A stretch of DNA of 64,000 bases, taken from the NCBI RefSeq assembly GCF_036321535.1, contig NC_087437.1, positions 97,900,001-97,964,000 on the forward strand. The letters run 5' to 3'. How positions within the stretch are numbered: the stretch's first letter is position 1; every line of letters begins with the position of its first letter. Below the pieces are notes generated by a model that made no database searches, was not told the DNA's origin, and was given only the letters and a program-made list of their open reading frames with translations. Origin of the DNA: Camelus dromedarius. Lineage: Eukaryota. The position numbers were made by a program, and so were the translations under genes. Positions 51,819-64,000 of the stretch are shown here, in pieces.

Positions 51819-52879
51819 GGTAGGTAGTGAATTAAGGTCTGAGATTCAAACAATGGCCTTTCTGACTCCAAAGTCTAGATTTTTCTACCACACCAAACCT
51901 ACCTTTATGTCATTAATTCTCTTCCCCACTGCCTACATTCCATCTCATTAAACTCTACTTCCCACCCTCTCAAGGTGCTGCTCCTTGCTAGTAAGATTTT
52001 GAGGAAATTAGTCTTTCTACTCTTGAGAAGATAGAGTGGTGATCTAAGGAAAAGAGTCAGCAGTCAGGAAGTGAAATGGTTGAAATACAGATTAAGGAGG
52101 TTGTACAATTATTAGTCTGAAAAAAAAAGACATTTATTGAATGAATATGGATTATTTGCAAATAACTACAAGATTAACTGAAATTATTTTCAAGTAGTGG
52201 GAACTATTTTCAGGAGAAAATAATAGAGAATCCCTAGGTCTATCTAGTTATTGTTTTGTTCTTTGCCATTCCCCTGTTAGGTGAGCAGAGTACCTTTATT
52301 TTTTATCATTTTAGAGAATAAGGAGTTGAAGGTCAAAGAGTTTGTGTAATTTGCCCAAGTAGCAGAACTCAGACTCAACTCACTTCTTTTGATTCACAGT
52401 GTGGCGATCCTTGCTTGTGCTGGCTGCCTCCCTATTCAGTGTACCCACAGGATGCTGTGTGAAGTTCTGTAGGTAATTTGTAGATTCACCACAGGATATG
52501 CTCTCAAAGAACTTCCTTTGTGAAAGATCAAACTATCATACTCCTCACCCACTGCACTCTGCCCACCCCTCCCCCAACCTCCGAAGCCCGTGGGCACACA
52601 AATGGATCTGCATATCCACACTCACAAAGCACTATCGTACGTTACACTTGCAGGAGGGCATTTTCTGAATGTGGAACCTATCCAAAGGGGAGTGGGCAAC
52701 TAACTGCTACACAGTATATGACTGAGAAGTTCACAAGCTCACATCTGCCCTCAGATAAGTCTCCATTTGTCTGCCAAGATGCTATATACTTCCTCCTCTT
52801 AACTGACTCTAACACTTCATCTATAGGAGAGTTAGAATTGGTAAAAACAAACAAAAAGATGGCTCAACTGTCACTGTAA

Positions 52880-53120
52880 AAGTGTTTTTCACTAGTGAAT
52901 TATGAAATAAATTTTGTAGGTCAAGATCGGCATTTCAAATATGAAGTAGAATAAAATAAAATAGAAAATATCAGAGTGCACTGCATGAAATGAGAGGAAA
53001 TATTGTTTTGAAACTTTTGTTTCCATTTTTTTCTCTGTGTGTGTGGGAGCCCACATGCTGCATCCTTATGAAAAACGTATTTCTTGATCAATGGAAGTGA
53101 AAAAAGTGAGAAATATTTTT
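52880..53120. mobile_element. hAT-Charlie-like DNA transposon fossil
   Basis: AATAAAATAGAAAATATCAGAGTGCACTGCATG...TATTGTTTTGAAACTTTTGTTTC recalled as a Charlie-family segment. Confidence 0.5.
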
Positions 53121-53849
53121 TAAAACGGCTTATACTTCTGCATCAAGGATTCTTTAGGTAATGCGATACCAGAATGGCCCCTTTCCCAAGATCAATGCAC
53201 ACAAATTCATATACCTATGTTTGTGGTACAGTTTTAAAGGGCTGTAGACCTTGTGAATCTCCCTTCTGATCTCTAAAACACTTGCTCTAGCTAAAATGGC
53301 ATGCTTTTCCTCGAAAGGGGAGAAATGACCCTAGAGATTTCTTCTGGGCCTTTTTTGTCAACATTTCCATATTTTATCCTGAATGCCTTTGGCATTTTGG
53401 AGCTAAGAACCTAGCCTAAATGAGATAATTTATTCAACATTTGGTTTATAATTTTTTAGTGACCAAAATAAATCATCAAAACATTAAAGGTGTTCAACCT
53501 ATCCCACACCAGCTCCACTGAGCTGAAGTCCCAAAAGGGGAGAGAGGGAATAAGCAACTGAATGAGGTGATGTCAGATAGGGTTAAGTTATAAAGGAAAT
53601 GATTGCGTGGATGCAGTAGGAACACCTGTAAAGGAGGTGGGATAGGTAAGGAAGCCAGTTTATTTTGAGTTGGAGATAGAATGCATCTCTTTTATTAGTT
53701 CGAGTTGGTATACTACTATCTGTGGTTATGCCTCCCCTACTACACTACACCTATCAGAGTGCTTTCTGGTATTTCAAAGCACTTCATGAATATTTTTGAT
53801 TGGTAACTTTATTAAATTTTTTAAGGATAGCTGGAGAAAATATCATGTC

Positions 53850-54045
53850 TAATGATATGATATTTGGCTGCCCAAGCTTAAATCTTTGCTTTGCCCTTTC
53901 CTAGCAACATGGTTATGGGCAGATTTCTTAATTTCATAAGCTTCAGTTTCTTCAGGCTTATCTCTCTATAATGGGGCAAATAGTATTCCCTACCCCATTA
54001 GACTGTTATGAGATTAAATAGGTTAATAAATGTAAGGAGCTTGCA
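53850..54045 (+). mobile_element. MIR SINE
   Basis: TGGGCAGATTTCTTAA...AAGCTTCAGTTTC...TATAATGGGG...GTTATGAGATTAAAT. Confidence 0.7.
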
Positions 54046-54049
54046 TATT

Positions 54050-54605
54050 ATATTTTATGATGTCCACCTCAGTACTTAGTGGCTTGAAAAACAACCATTT
54101 TATGATATCACAAATTTGTGGGTCAGGAACATGGGTCAGATCTCAGGAGGCTGTTCTTCTACTTCGTTCTGCTGATTCATCAGCTGAAGTCACTTGGTGG
54201 GTTTTAGCTGGTAGATGAGCTAGTCAGGAGAGGGGCAGGGTAGGGGGCGCTTGGGGAGGGAGGATACCAAGTGGCTTCACTCACACGTCTGGCACGTGGT
54301 AGGGATGAGCGGGAGGCTGGAACCGGAGAACAGAGCTCCTACATGTTATGTCTCCAGCAGGTTCTCTCAGGATAATCAGATTTCTTATGTGGAAGCTCAG
54401 GGCTCCCAGAGGATTCTAAGGAAGACGAAATAGGAGCTGATGGCTTCTTAGATTCTGGGTCCAGAAACTAACACGGAGTCGCTTTTGCTGTCTTCAAGTG
54501 GTCAAAGTTACCAAAGAACTAGCCCAGATGTAGGGAGGAGCTGTAGACCCCCACCTCCTTTGGAGAAATCTCAAAGAATTTTTAGCCATTCGTAACTTGC
54601 TACAC
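54050..54605 (-). mobile_element. Old MaLR LTR (MLT1G/H-like)
   Basis: CTTAGTGGCTTGAAAAACAACCATTT...GTGGGTCAGGAA...GCTCAGGGCTCCCAGA...GCCCAGAT...AGACCCCCACCTC. Confidence 0.7.
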
Positions 54606-56239
54606 TATCTATCACATTTAAAAAGTACTAGATAAATCTAAGCTAGAATTAGTATATCCTGTTACAACTTTCAAAAGTTATGGTTGTATGTTTATTTCCG
54701 ATTGTCATAGTAAAATCAAACTTTAGCCTTGCCTTATCTTTATCTTTTCTTTACCTTTTCATATTTAAGAGAAATTTTCATCAGTAGGTGGCAGGTGGAG
54801 ATTTAAAAACTGGTATACCCTACACAGGCCGTTGAGCATTAACTCTGGGAATTTTCCTCCCGTGAAAGCAATGTTTTTTTTTAATGCTGCGAAGTCATAC
54901 AGAACTCAGTTTCAGTTTATTCATTGGTAGCCCATCATCCCACTAATATCACCACCCTGTTTGGTGTGTTTCCTCTCTACAGGCCAACAACTTAGAAAAA
55001 AGGTGATAAAAATTTAAATTCATGAGTAAACAATCACATTTTCCGTGCTGCATCTACTGCTGGACTGAACCGCGGGCTCCTCTTGCTCCTCTCAACACCA
55101 ACAAAATCTTCCAAATAAAAAGAGCAGAGATAAAGAGCCACATAAGAAGTTGGACAAGTTCACATTTTAAAAGTTCTTGTAAAAAAAAGACTGATGACTG
55201 TGTGGCATTAATCTACACAGACATTTCCTGTAACCACTTAGGCCTCATAACGAATCAGCAACGTAATGGAGGTTCTGTGTCCTTATCTGTTGGGTTGGCT
55301 GTCTGAGTCTTTATTTGCTTTGGCCAGCTCTTCCTATCTCACCTTCCTTTTTATTTAATTTTTTTCCAGATTTAATACTTTACGGAGGGACACAAATGCT
55401 CCTTTTTGGTTTTCGAAGCTCAAGGTCAATTTAAAGGCAGGTCCTGGGAGAAGTGAGCATTTGTGACTGGGTCATCTGTTTCCCTGAATCTGTTACAGCT
55501 TTAGAGATATGTGTAAGGAGGAGAAAACAGATAAGCCAAATTGGTTTTTGAGATGAGGGGCACCTACAAATGGAGCACTACTGACCATGAAAATGTAGCA
55601 TAACAGTATTTATTTGGAGAAGAGATCCATTTGATCATTATATGCTGTGTCTCAAAACTAAAATGCCTCTATCCTGCTTTTATTAAAAATTCCATCGTAA
55701 TGTAAGCCATTCCCACCCCCTTCAGCTGCACCCCAACCACCCAGCTCCAGTTCTGTCTGTTGAATAAATTCTGTTTTGAGGTCATTATTTTCCCCGTTTC
55801 CCAGAATTACCACGCCTCCCCCCAAAACTGTTTTAATTTGTGTAGCAAGGCTATTTCAGAAGGAATACTTGCTGGCAGGAGTATTGATTCTATAATGGAG
55901 TTGCAGTTCAATTGTGGTGACAAGAAGACTGATTTTTTTTTTTTTAAGGATCATCAAGATATTTAGACTCTAGAGGATAAAATTTGTACATAAAATCACC
56001 TCATTTTACTTGTGCCATTTCTTTTTACTGCTTAGGCAATATACTTGCCTTAGCACTTTGCTCAAAGTTCACACATTTGTACCTTTGAATTGCTTTCAAA
56101 AAGAAGACCATCATTGCCTCTTTGGAAAAGAAAAATTGCCTTCCACCAAGCGGGAAGTTGGAAGTCCCCGGAGACCACCAGCCTCCTCTTGTGTGACATT
56201 ATTACTATTATTATGCTGGAACTCTTACAGACTTACCTG

Positions 56240-56430
56240 AAGCACAATGTGGCGGGAGGAACACTAATTAGGAGCCAGGAGGACTAGTTCTGATAGTCTC
56301 TTCTGCTCTTCACTAGCTGCTTAAATGGGACCTGTACTTAACCTTTATAAGCTTCCTCTTCCCCAGCCATTTAAAATGAGAAGGAGGGACCATGTGATCT
56401 TATGGGTCCCTTTTAGTTCAGAAGGTAAAA
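56240..56430 (+). mobile_element. MIR/MIR3 SINE
   Basis: GGAGCCAGGAGGACTAGTTCT...CACTAGCTG...ACTTAACC...AAAATGAG...GGTCCCTTTTAGTTC. Confidence 0.55.
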
Positions 56431-58339
56431 TCATAACAAGCTTAAAACATTTAGCTGTGTTATGAATTTAGAATGGACAGTGTCAAATGAAACACTTTAA
56501 ATCTTTTTCTGTCTTAATGTACTCCTTAATGTTGATTTAAATAACTACTTTTTTTAATCTGGGATTTTTAACCAAAAGCTGGTCCTATCTGAGTTACTTC
56601 TGATGGGGTATTCAGAGAACCTCGCACGGGGTGTGAGGATGGAAAATGTTGAGCTGATTTCCAAGTCTCAGTCACCTTTACTCCACACGGCAGCATTTCC
56701 AATCACACTGATGTTCACAGTTCTATTTCTGGCAGCAAACTGCTTGGCCACAGGGTTTGTACAATTTCTCCTTTTTTCTCAACACAGCACTTTCCCAGTT
56801 CATGTAAACTCTGTGTTAATTATTTTGGCTGTTAGCTGAGGAAGAAGAAAAGCTCACATTTGCTAAATCAAGAATGACGAAGTGGATTCAGAAGTGCTCT
56901 CTCTACAAAATGGTTTTACACTCTGGAGCTAATGAAGACTCTCTTTGCTTCAATGTGTTGCACACAAATATCGATTAATCATTTTTCTTTATTAGCTTCT
57001 GTCCCCTTGGTAATATAATGCATTTGACGTTCCTTCTGTCTTCCAGGAGAGTGGGATGCTATAAACCCAGGCTGACACTGTCAGCAAAAGGATTTCAGCA
57101 GTTTCTAGAGGTGGGGAAACAGAAAATTAATGTTAGTCTCTTCTACTAAAAAATATAATGTCAGACGTGGTGGTGTTTTTTTCTTTCCCATATCTTATAA
57201 AACTTTGTGCTGTGAATAAGTGGCCTATAGTGAGGCAGGGGACACTGGTGAAATCATCCAGGTGAAGATTCCAATTCTTCTGTTAGTTCTACATTGCTTC
57301 CTAGACAAAGTTTCCTGTGCGCTTTAAAGAAGAACCAGAGGCCAATTCTAAGATGTGAACAGCTGTCAGAGAAATATAAGTATCTAGGCAAAGGAGAGAA
57401 TTCACATGAGTTCTCTCCCTCTAACTATGTAAGGAATGCGTATTTTTAGGTGCAAATGAGAGAATAAAGCTGCCTTTTTAGGTTCCAGTTGAAAAGCATA
57501 GTTTTAACAGTCAGAACTCCCTGGCTCCAAGTATGGAAAAGAATTGAGTTGGTTTACACATATAAGATGTGCTTCACAAGACCAGGAACTGGGCTGTTAC
57601 AAGGACAAGGGACATTATCTTTTTTGCATCTGTTTTCTTTTCTCATGTTGGACACTAATTTTGTTATTCAGTCAACAGCGTGGAGAAGATAGACACCTCA
57701 TAGCTCCTAGCATCATGCTGTCTTGTTAAAACAAACAACAAATACATGCTTAGCTGAGGATCTTTTAGTCCCAGAGGAGCTTATTGTCTCTGCTCATGCC
57801 AGATAACACTCTTCTCTGAGTTAACTGTGGCATGGGTGTTCAGTAAAGAAGCACGGATCTGGCTGTTGGGGAAGTCCTCCCACTGCCTCTTCACCTAGGC
57901 CACCTCTGTGGGTCAGGGAAGCCACTTGACTCTAATTACCCAAGGACTTTTGACTGTTCTCAAAGACCTGAACTTTCCTAGTCATACCTATGAAAGCAAA
58001 CCCAGTGTATGTTCTCAATGGAAGTGCCTATCAAGAGAGACTTTTCCTTTGTGGCAAAAAAAGAAATAAGGTCCAAAGCTGAAGACAAGGTATACTCTAC
58101 TACAATTTTTTTTTTAAAATTAGGCACTATTTATTGACTTTCCACTGTGGAAGAGGGGACTTTTGCTCTCTTTGGCACCCAATGTCTACACCACAACAAT
58201 GTGTATGCCTAGGTCCCTCGCCCCACTCAGCACTCTCACAAAACACATTTCCTAATCCTTCCGTATAGTTATAATTTTAGATAGAACAATAATTACTATT
58301 TTTATTACTATGCACTATAATCACACATGTTCATATCAT

Positions 58340-58639
58340 AATAATGAGCAATATCAGAATCCCAGTGTCGTTTGCTCATGTAGGTCCACTCCAGGATTAA
58401 GTGACTCTCCCTGGCAGTTGTCCTTCATGTGCTGAGCCAGCAGTCCACAATGTTCTTCTCATCTGTGGCTGTACCAGCTCAACAACAATGTAAGGCAAAG
58501 GAGAGAGAATGGAGTAGAAAACCCAGGGACTTTTCATTGCTTCAGACCAGAAGTGATTATGTATATGCCATTCTTGCTTACACTGGCCCAGACTAGTCAC
58601 ATGGCCTTGTCTATAAAAACATTGGGATGTGGAATTCTT
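58340..58639 (-). mobile_element. Old MaLR LTR (MLT1I/J/K-like), continuing ~59176-59225 after the L1 insertion
   Basis: CCAGAAGTGA...TGGCCCAGACTAGTCACATGGCC motif typical of old MLT1 antisense. Confidence 0.55.
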
Positions 58640-59175
58640 TTTTTTTTTTTATTGAAGCATAGTTGATGTATAATATTATATAAATTTCAGATGTACAACA
58701 TAGTGTTTAACAATTTTTAAAGATTATACTCCATTTATAGCTATTATAAAATATTGGCTCTGTTCCTTGTGCAGTATAGTATATCCTTGTAGCTCATTTA
58801 TTTTACACAGAGTAATTTGTACCTCTTAATCCCTTACCCCTACTTGCCCTTCCCCTCTTCCCTTTCCCTACTGGCAACCGCTGGTTTGTTCTCTGTATCT
58901 GCGAGTCTGTTTCTTTCTTTTTTTAATTAAAGTATAGTTGACTTACCATGTGGTGTTAGTTTCTGGTGTACAGCGTAGTGATTTAGTTATACACATATAT
59001 ATATTCTTTTTCATTACAGGTTATTACAACCTAATGAGTGTAGTTCCTTGTGCTATATAGTAGGACCATGTTGTTTGTTTCTTTTTTTTTAAATTATACT
59101 CACTAGTTTGTTTTATTTTTTCAATTCCACATACAAGTGATACAGTTTTTGTCTTTTCTTTCTCTGTCTAACTTA
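58640..59175 (-). mobile_element. Artiodactyl-type L1 3' end (antisense) with 17-bp TSD, containing a second nested L1 3' end at ~58917-59075
   Basis: Poly-T then ATTGAAGCATAGTTGATGTATAATATTA...TTATACTCCATTTATAG...TTCCACATACAAGTGATA; TSD TGGGATGTGG(A/G)ATTCTT at 58623-58639 and 59176-59192. Confidence 0.9.
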
Positions 59176-59299
59176 TGGGATGTGGGATTCTTAAGAAAGA
59201 AAAGAGAATGGGATATTGGTGATATGGTACCAAATATGGGATTTTAAAAAACTTCCTGAAGTTCATATTACACTTGTTTTATTATTTTGTATGCTTATA

Positions 59300-61020
59300 T
59301 AGGATATGACAGTTTCATCTTCCTGATATCTCTCTTCACAGCCTGTTGACCAGCTTCAGTCTGTATTGGTTTTCTGGATATCAGGTTCATAGTTTTTTTC
59401 GTGGAATTCTTTTTGCTTCTCATATAAGTTAATCCCAAATATTCTTCTCTTTTGCTTTACATCCTCATTCTAGTGGAACATGTCTTCCAGTGATTACCTG
59501 AGAAATAGTAGTCGGAGGTAAATTGTTTAATAACTTTCATGGCTAAAATATCTCTATTTTATTGACAGTTTGGTTAGATATGCAAACCTAGTTTGGAAAT
59601 AATTTTCTCATAGAATTTTAAAAGCATTGTTCTTTTGTCTTCTTGTATCTACTGCTTCCTGGAGAAGGATAAAGCATTTTTATTCTAGTTTTTTTTTTTT
59701 TTTTTAATGTCTTCTTGTTTGTTTTTCTTCTGGGACTCTTGTAGAATCTCCTCTTTGCCCTTAGTATCCTGAAAGTTCACCATGATGTGTAATGTGTGTA
59801 TATATTCATCCACTGTGTTGGTCACTGAATGGGTCCCTTCAAGTGAAATTTTAGATATTTCAATTCAGGAAATTTTACTGAAAAATATTTTTTGATTTAA
59901 TTATTTTCTTTTTCTGTCAGGCTTTGTTATTTCTTATTTGGTGGATATTGTACCTCCTATAATGGTCCTAAAATTTTCTTATCTTTTCTATTTCATATCT
60001 AGTTTTAAAAATATTATTAACACTTTTATTTAATTTTTAATTTTTACTATAATATTTTAAATTTAAGGGTCTTTTTCTTGTTTTATGATTATTCCTTTTG
60101 TGGAGATGGCATTTCTTATGTCATGGATGAAATAGCTCCTCTTTTTTCTTTGAAAATATTAATAATTGTTTTTCTTCTCTCTCCCTGAATGGATTCTGTT
60201 TCCTTCAAGTTACTTTTTAATGTTAGCTTATTTTGACTTGTCTTTTATGTTAGAGACTATCCTCAGATGTCTGGTGATTTTTGGATATATATTCACATAT
60301 CAGTATTGGGCACTAAAAAACTGATTGAAATGCTTTTGTATATATATGTATGTATTTGTGTTTGTGGTGTGTTGATTGTCGGTTTAATTTTAAGGTGTTC
60401 TTATTAGGCCTTATCCATTGAGGATCTCAAGTTAATGTTTAGATCTTTTATTCTTGTGACAAGTTCAGATTCTCTGGATAAAATCTTTCCCCTGTCTGGG
60501 TGGTATAAGCTTGGCTGCCAGCATCCTCAGAGCTGGGAGGGAGATAGGAGAAAGGACTGGCAATTTCAATATATGTTTAAACTTTTATTTAGTGTCTCTG
60601 TTTTTAGAATGATCTGCCTGATTCAGATGCCTAGTATTAGTATCTCCCAGTACTGAGAAGCTCTGTATTAAACTCCAATAACATCTCCAATGTTCTGCAG
60701 GGGTGACAGTGATACAAATCCTGGCTTAAGCAGCATGGAAGAGGAAGCACTGAAGTCTAATTGCTTCTCAAATAGACTTTCAACCAGTTCTCCTTGCCTT
60801 AATTCACACTTATGTGTACTTCTACATGTAAATGATCCCCAATTTACATGTTTTTAAGAGTATAAGGAGCAAATTAGATTATTTTTCAGATTTGCACACT
60901 GCTACCTTAGGATTTAGCTTGCTGTGATTTTGAAATAATTTATTACTCAATTCTGCACTTCCAAATTTTGTGGCTATAATTTTTTTTCATGTACTGTTTT
61001 TCTTGTGAGTTTAAGCTTAA
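59300..61020 (-). mobile_element. HAL1/L1M5-like old LINE (antisense); further pieces ~61960-62360
   Basis: TGACAGTTTGGTTAGATATG...TTGGAAATAATTTTCTCATAGAATTTTAAAAGCATTG, CTGAAAGTTCACCATGATGTG, TCAGATGTCTGGTGAT. Confidence 0.7.
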
Positions 61021-61034
61021 AAATTCTTATGTGG

Positions 61035-61400
61035 ACACAAAAATTTTATGACGGAGTTTTCAAACATATACAAAAGTAGATACAATAGTGCAATAATCCT
61101 CCACTTACTCATCATGCAGCTTCAACAAATAACAATATATTGCCAATTTGATTTCAGCTATTCTACACTCCCATCTCCCACTACTCCAACCCCTCACTAG
61201 AATATATTAAAACAAATCTTGGGTTCATTAATTTCATTTATGAATATTCCTTATGTTAGTGTAACAGATGAGGACTTAAAAATGTAATTGAAAAACAATT
61301 ATCACACACAACCAAATTAGCAGTAATTACTTAATATAATCTAATGCCCAAATGTATGTTCAGTTCTCTCTGATTATCACAAAAACTTTTTTTTTTACTT
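61035..61400 (-). mobile_element. L1MC4/5-like 3' end (antisense)
   Basis: TTTCAAACATATACAAAAGTAGATACAATAG...CAGCTTCAACAA. Confidence 0.65.
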
Positions 61401-61540
61401 TTCCTTTTTTTGTTTTGTTTTGTTTTGATCCGAATTTTTGTCTTATCTAGTTGAGCAGTAAGCATAGTTGACCCATTAATCAAACATGAGGAAATATGAC
61501 TGCGCTATTTCTGCTCATTTCTGTGCAGGAGTGGCATAGG

Positions 61541-61663
61541 TAAGCATGACCACATATCCATGATCACTTTGGACTGCCTTTTATACAAGCAAAATTGCTA
61601 TCAGTTCCCCTGATAATGCTTCGAAATGTCCTGGTTTGAACAAGAAATGATCTGGTCACCTTA
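61541..61663. mobile_element. MER94/MER81-like hAT-Blackjack MITE
   Basis: Degenerate terminal inverted repeats TAAGCATGACCACAT ... ATCTGGTCACCTTA with internal AATGTCCTGGTTTG. Confidence 0.55.
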
Positions 61664-62674
61664 AGCACAGGACAGGTCCTATGACCAAAGAAAGAGCCCC
61701 TAAGGAATTTCAGTCCTTTAGTTATTTTCTCTACAAGTCTCAGGTCCTCAAAAGGCGTAACTTTTTAAAAAAAATGTGGGCTCAGAAGGATCACTCTTTC
61801 TGCTGGTTTTCCTCCAGATTTGATTGGGAGATTGCATATAACCTTTATAATGAGTGTTGCTTGATCTCCAAGGTATTGCTCAACTTTTTCAGCCCAGAAT
61901 TTCAGTGTAGTCATGGAATTCTTATTCTACATCCCTGTACTTGGGAGTAAATATGAAATTCAGTAATTTGAGAGTGGAACGGATTCCTGGCATAGCTGTT
62001 TTAGCCTTCTTTATTTAATTACCTGGACAGATCCCCATGGCCTAAATACCATCTATCAGACCTGCTCCTTTTGTTCTTTATGTGATTTGGTGCTTGAAAA
62101 ACTCATCTATTTTGAGCTCCTCTTTGGCTGCATGGGATTTATAGTTCCTCAGCTTTGTTAGGTTTTACTGTCAATCTCTTCCCACTTGTTTTATAATATC
62201 TTCCAGGAATTCTTCACTTTTCTGGTTTTTAGTAGCATACCACCTAGCCTTCAAGTACTGTTATGGATTTATTTTTATCGTTTTATTTCTTATGTCATTA
62301 GAAAAGGGATTTGAGGAAGCAGGAAAGCTAAACTCAAGAGCGTTTGGTAAGCCATCTTGAGTGAAAGCCTCTTTGCCTTTTTTTTTTTCTTATTATTACA
62401 TGTAGACTTCTTCAAATACTTCCCTGCTTTCCCCCTCCTTTTTTTCAAACATACTTTTAAAAAAAAACTTGCAGAGACAGTTGTCCAATGGAAAAATCTA
62501 CTGTATATGACAACAGATGTACATAGTCAGACCCAATCCATGACTGCTAAAATCCCTCACCCAAGAAGAAAGACAAGTTGACTCCATAGAGGTGGGTTCA
62601 TTCTTTATGATCATAAGAAGCAGTTCTACCAGGAAACTGGAGTTCTACTTCTGGCAATACCGAAAAGAGTGATG

Positions 62675-63425
62675 TGATTCAGGAAAATGCAAATAAAAAT
62701 GGTAATAAATTGCTACTCTATACTCACTAAAATGGCTAAAATGAAAAAGATTGATATTATCAAGTGTTGACAAGGCCCCCCAGCAACTGGAACTTTTTTA
62801 CCATATGATAGTAATGAAAATTGGTGTAACTACTGGTGAAACTAGCATTATATACTAAATTTGAACACACATAAAGCCCATAACCTGGAAAATTTACTTC
62901 TATATACTTTTTATATATGCATATTCAGTAGAAAGGCATATGTAAGTATACCAAAAGACACTTACAATAATGTTTGCGTTAGTAGTATTTTCAGTAGTCC
63001 CAAACTGGAAAAATCTTAATGTCCATCCATTTTGAGAAAAATGTATAAATATATTATAAATACTCATTTATTAGTATATACAGCATATGACTATTATATA
63101 GCAATGAAAATGGCAAATTGCTGCTATGTACAAGAGATCAGTCTCACAAAAGTTACAGTGAACAAAGAAAATACAAGAGCATATATTGTATGATTTCATT
63201 TAGAGAAAGTTTAAAAGGAGGCAAAACTAATCTATGGCATTAGATGTCAGGGCGGTGATAAGAAGAAGAGTGGGTAATTAGAATTGGTACAAAGTAAAAC
63301 TGGGTGCTGGCAATGTTCTTTTTCTTGACCTGGGTGGGGATTTCATGGGTTTGTTCATTTTTTTGATAATTCATCAAGTTGTACAATTTTCTGAGTACGT
63401 GTAACAATTCAGTTAAAAAGTTGCC
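62675..63425 (+). mobile_element. L1ME-type 3' end
   Basis: GGAAAATGCAAAT, CAAGTGTTGACAAGG, CCAAACTGGAAA, GGCAAAACTAATCTATGG, TTCTTGACCTGGGTG. Confidence 0.75.
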
Positions 63426-64000
63426 AAAAGAAACTGTCCTTGTTGAAATAAATAAATCCATTATGTCTAATATACATGAACCAACCCAATCTCTAAATTA
63501 TTGTATTTCTATAAGAATAGTATTGATACTTTTTGATATTTAACAATAAGATATTTATGATATTTGAAAGTTTTTAGAGAACTCTCAAATTATTTCATTT
63601 GGCTTCATGACATCATAATTAAGCATCCTGCAAACAATGTTAGACTTGTTGGGAAAAAACAGAATAATCCAGAGAATTGTCCTTTGCCATATGTGGCAAG
63701 GAACAAAATTGGGACTGGAACCCAAGGCTATTGACTCTTGATTTAACTTTCTTTCAGTATACTTACCAGACTCCACCCTGGAACCTTGGGACCTTGGATA
63801 GATTTTTTTTTCCCTCATGTTTCATCCCTTATTGAGTCTTCCTGTCTAATATCTATCCTAAGAACCTACTCTAGGCAATTTTTTAGTGACTGTATGAGTT
63901 AACTACTTTTAAAAGAAGCCTTCTTAGAAAAATTTTCTCATCCACAGGTGAGAAAATCAAGCACCATGGCAATTTGATAACGATTATGGGGAATAATTGG

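Noticed and set aside
11100..64000. Exons of a neighbouring gene (e.g. SAMSN1), tRNA/snRNA genes or processed pseudogenes
   Set aside because: No recognisable coding or structured-RNA sequence found by eye; short exons could have been missed

Overview
Mammalian (eutherian) genomic DNA. The only protein-coding gene I can support is a complete, intact 5-exon HSPA13 (STCH, ER-targeted atypical Hsp70) on the minus strand: CDS join 10654-10630, 9087-8747, 6313-6100, 4436-4269, 3465-2801; 1413 nt, 470 aa, all introns GT-AG. It has a ~2.5 kb 3'UTR and a CpG-island promoter carrying two ZNF143/SBS motifs. The remaining ~53 kb upstream is intergenic and dominated by old repeats (L1M/HAL1, L2, MIR, MaLR LTRs, hAT fossils) plus a few younger artiodactyl-type L1 3' ends. 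I saw no Alu, rodent, ruminant or pig SINEs, which suggests a camelid or similar cetartiodactyl (inference). I found no convincing new biological system. The most notable structures are a three-layer nested L1 stack with one clear and one probable 3' transduction, a second nested L1-in-L1-in-LTR with intact target-site duplications, a perfect 3x32-bp tandem repeat inside an old MIR, and an alternative-polyadenylation layout in the HSPA13 3'UTR. Repeat subfamily names are from memory of consensus sequences and their boundaries are approximate.
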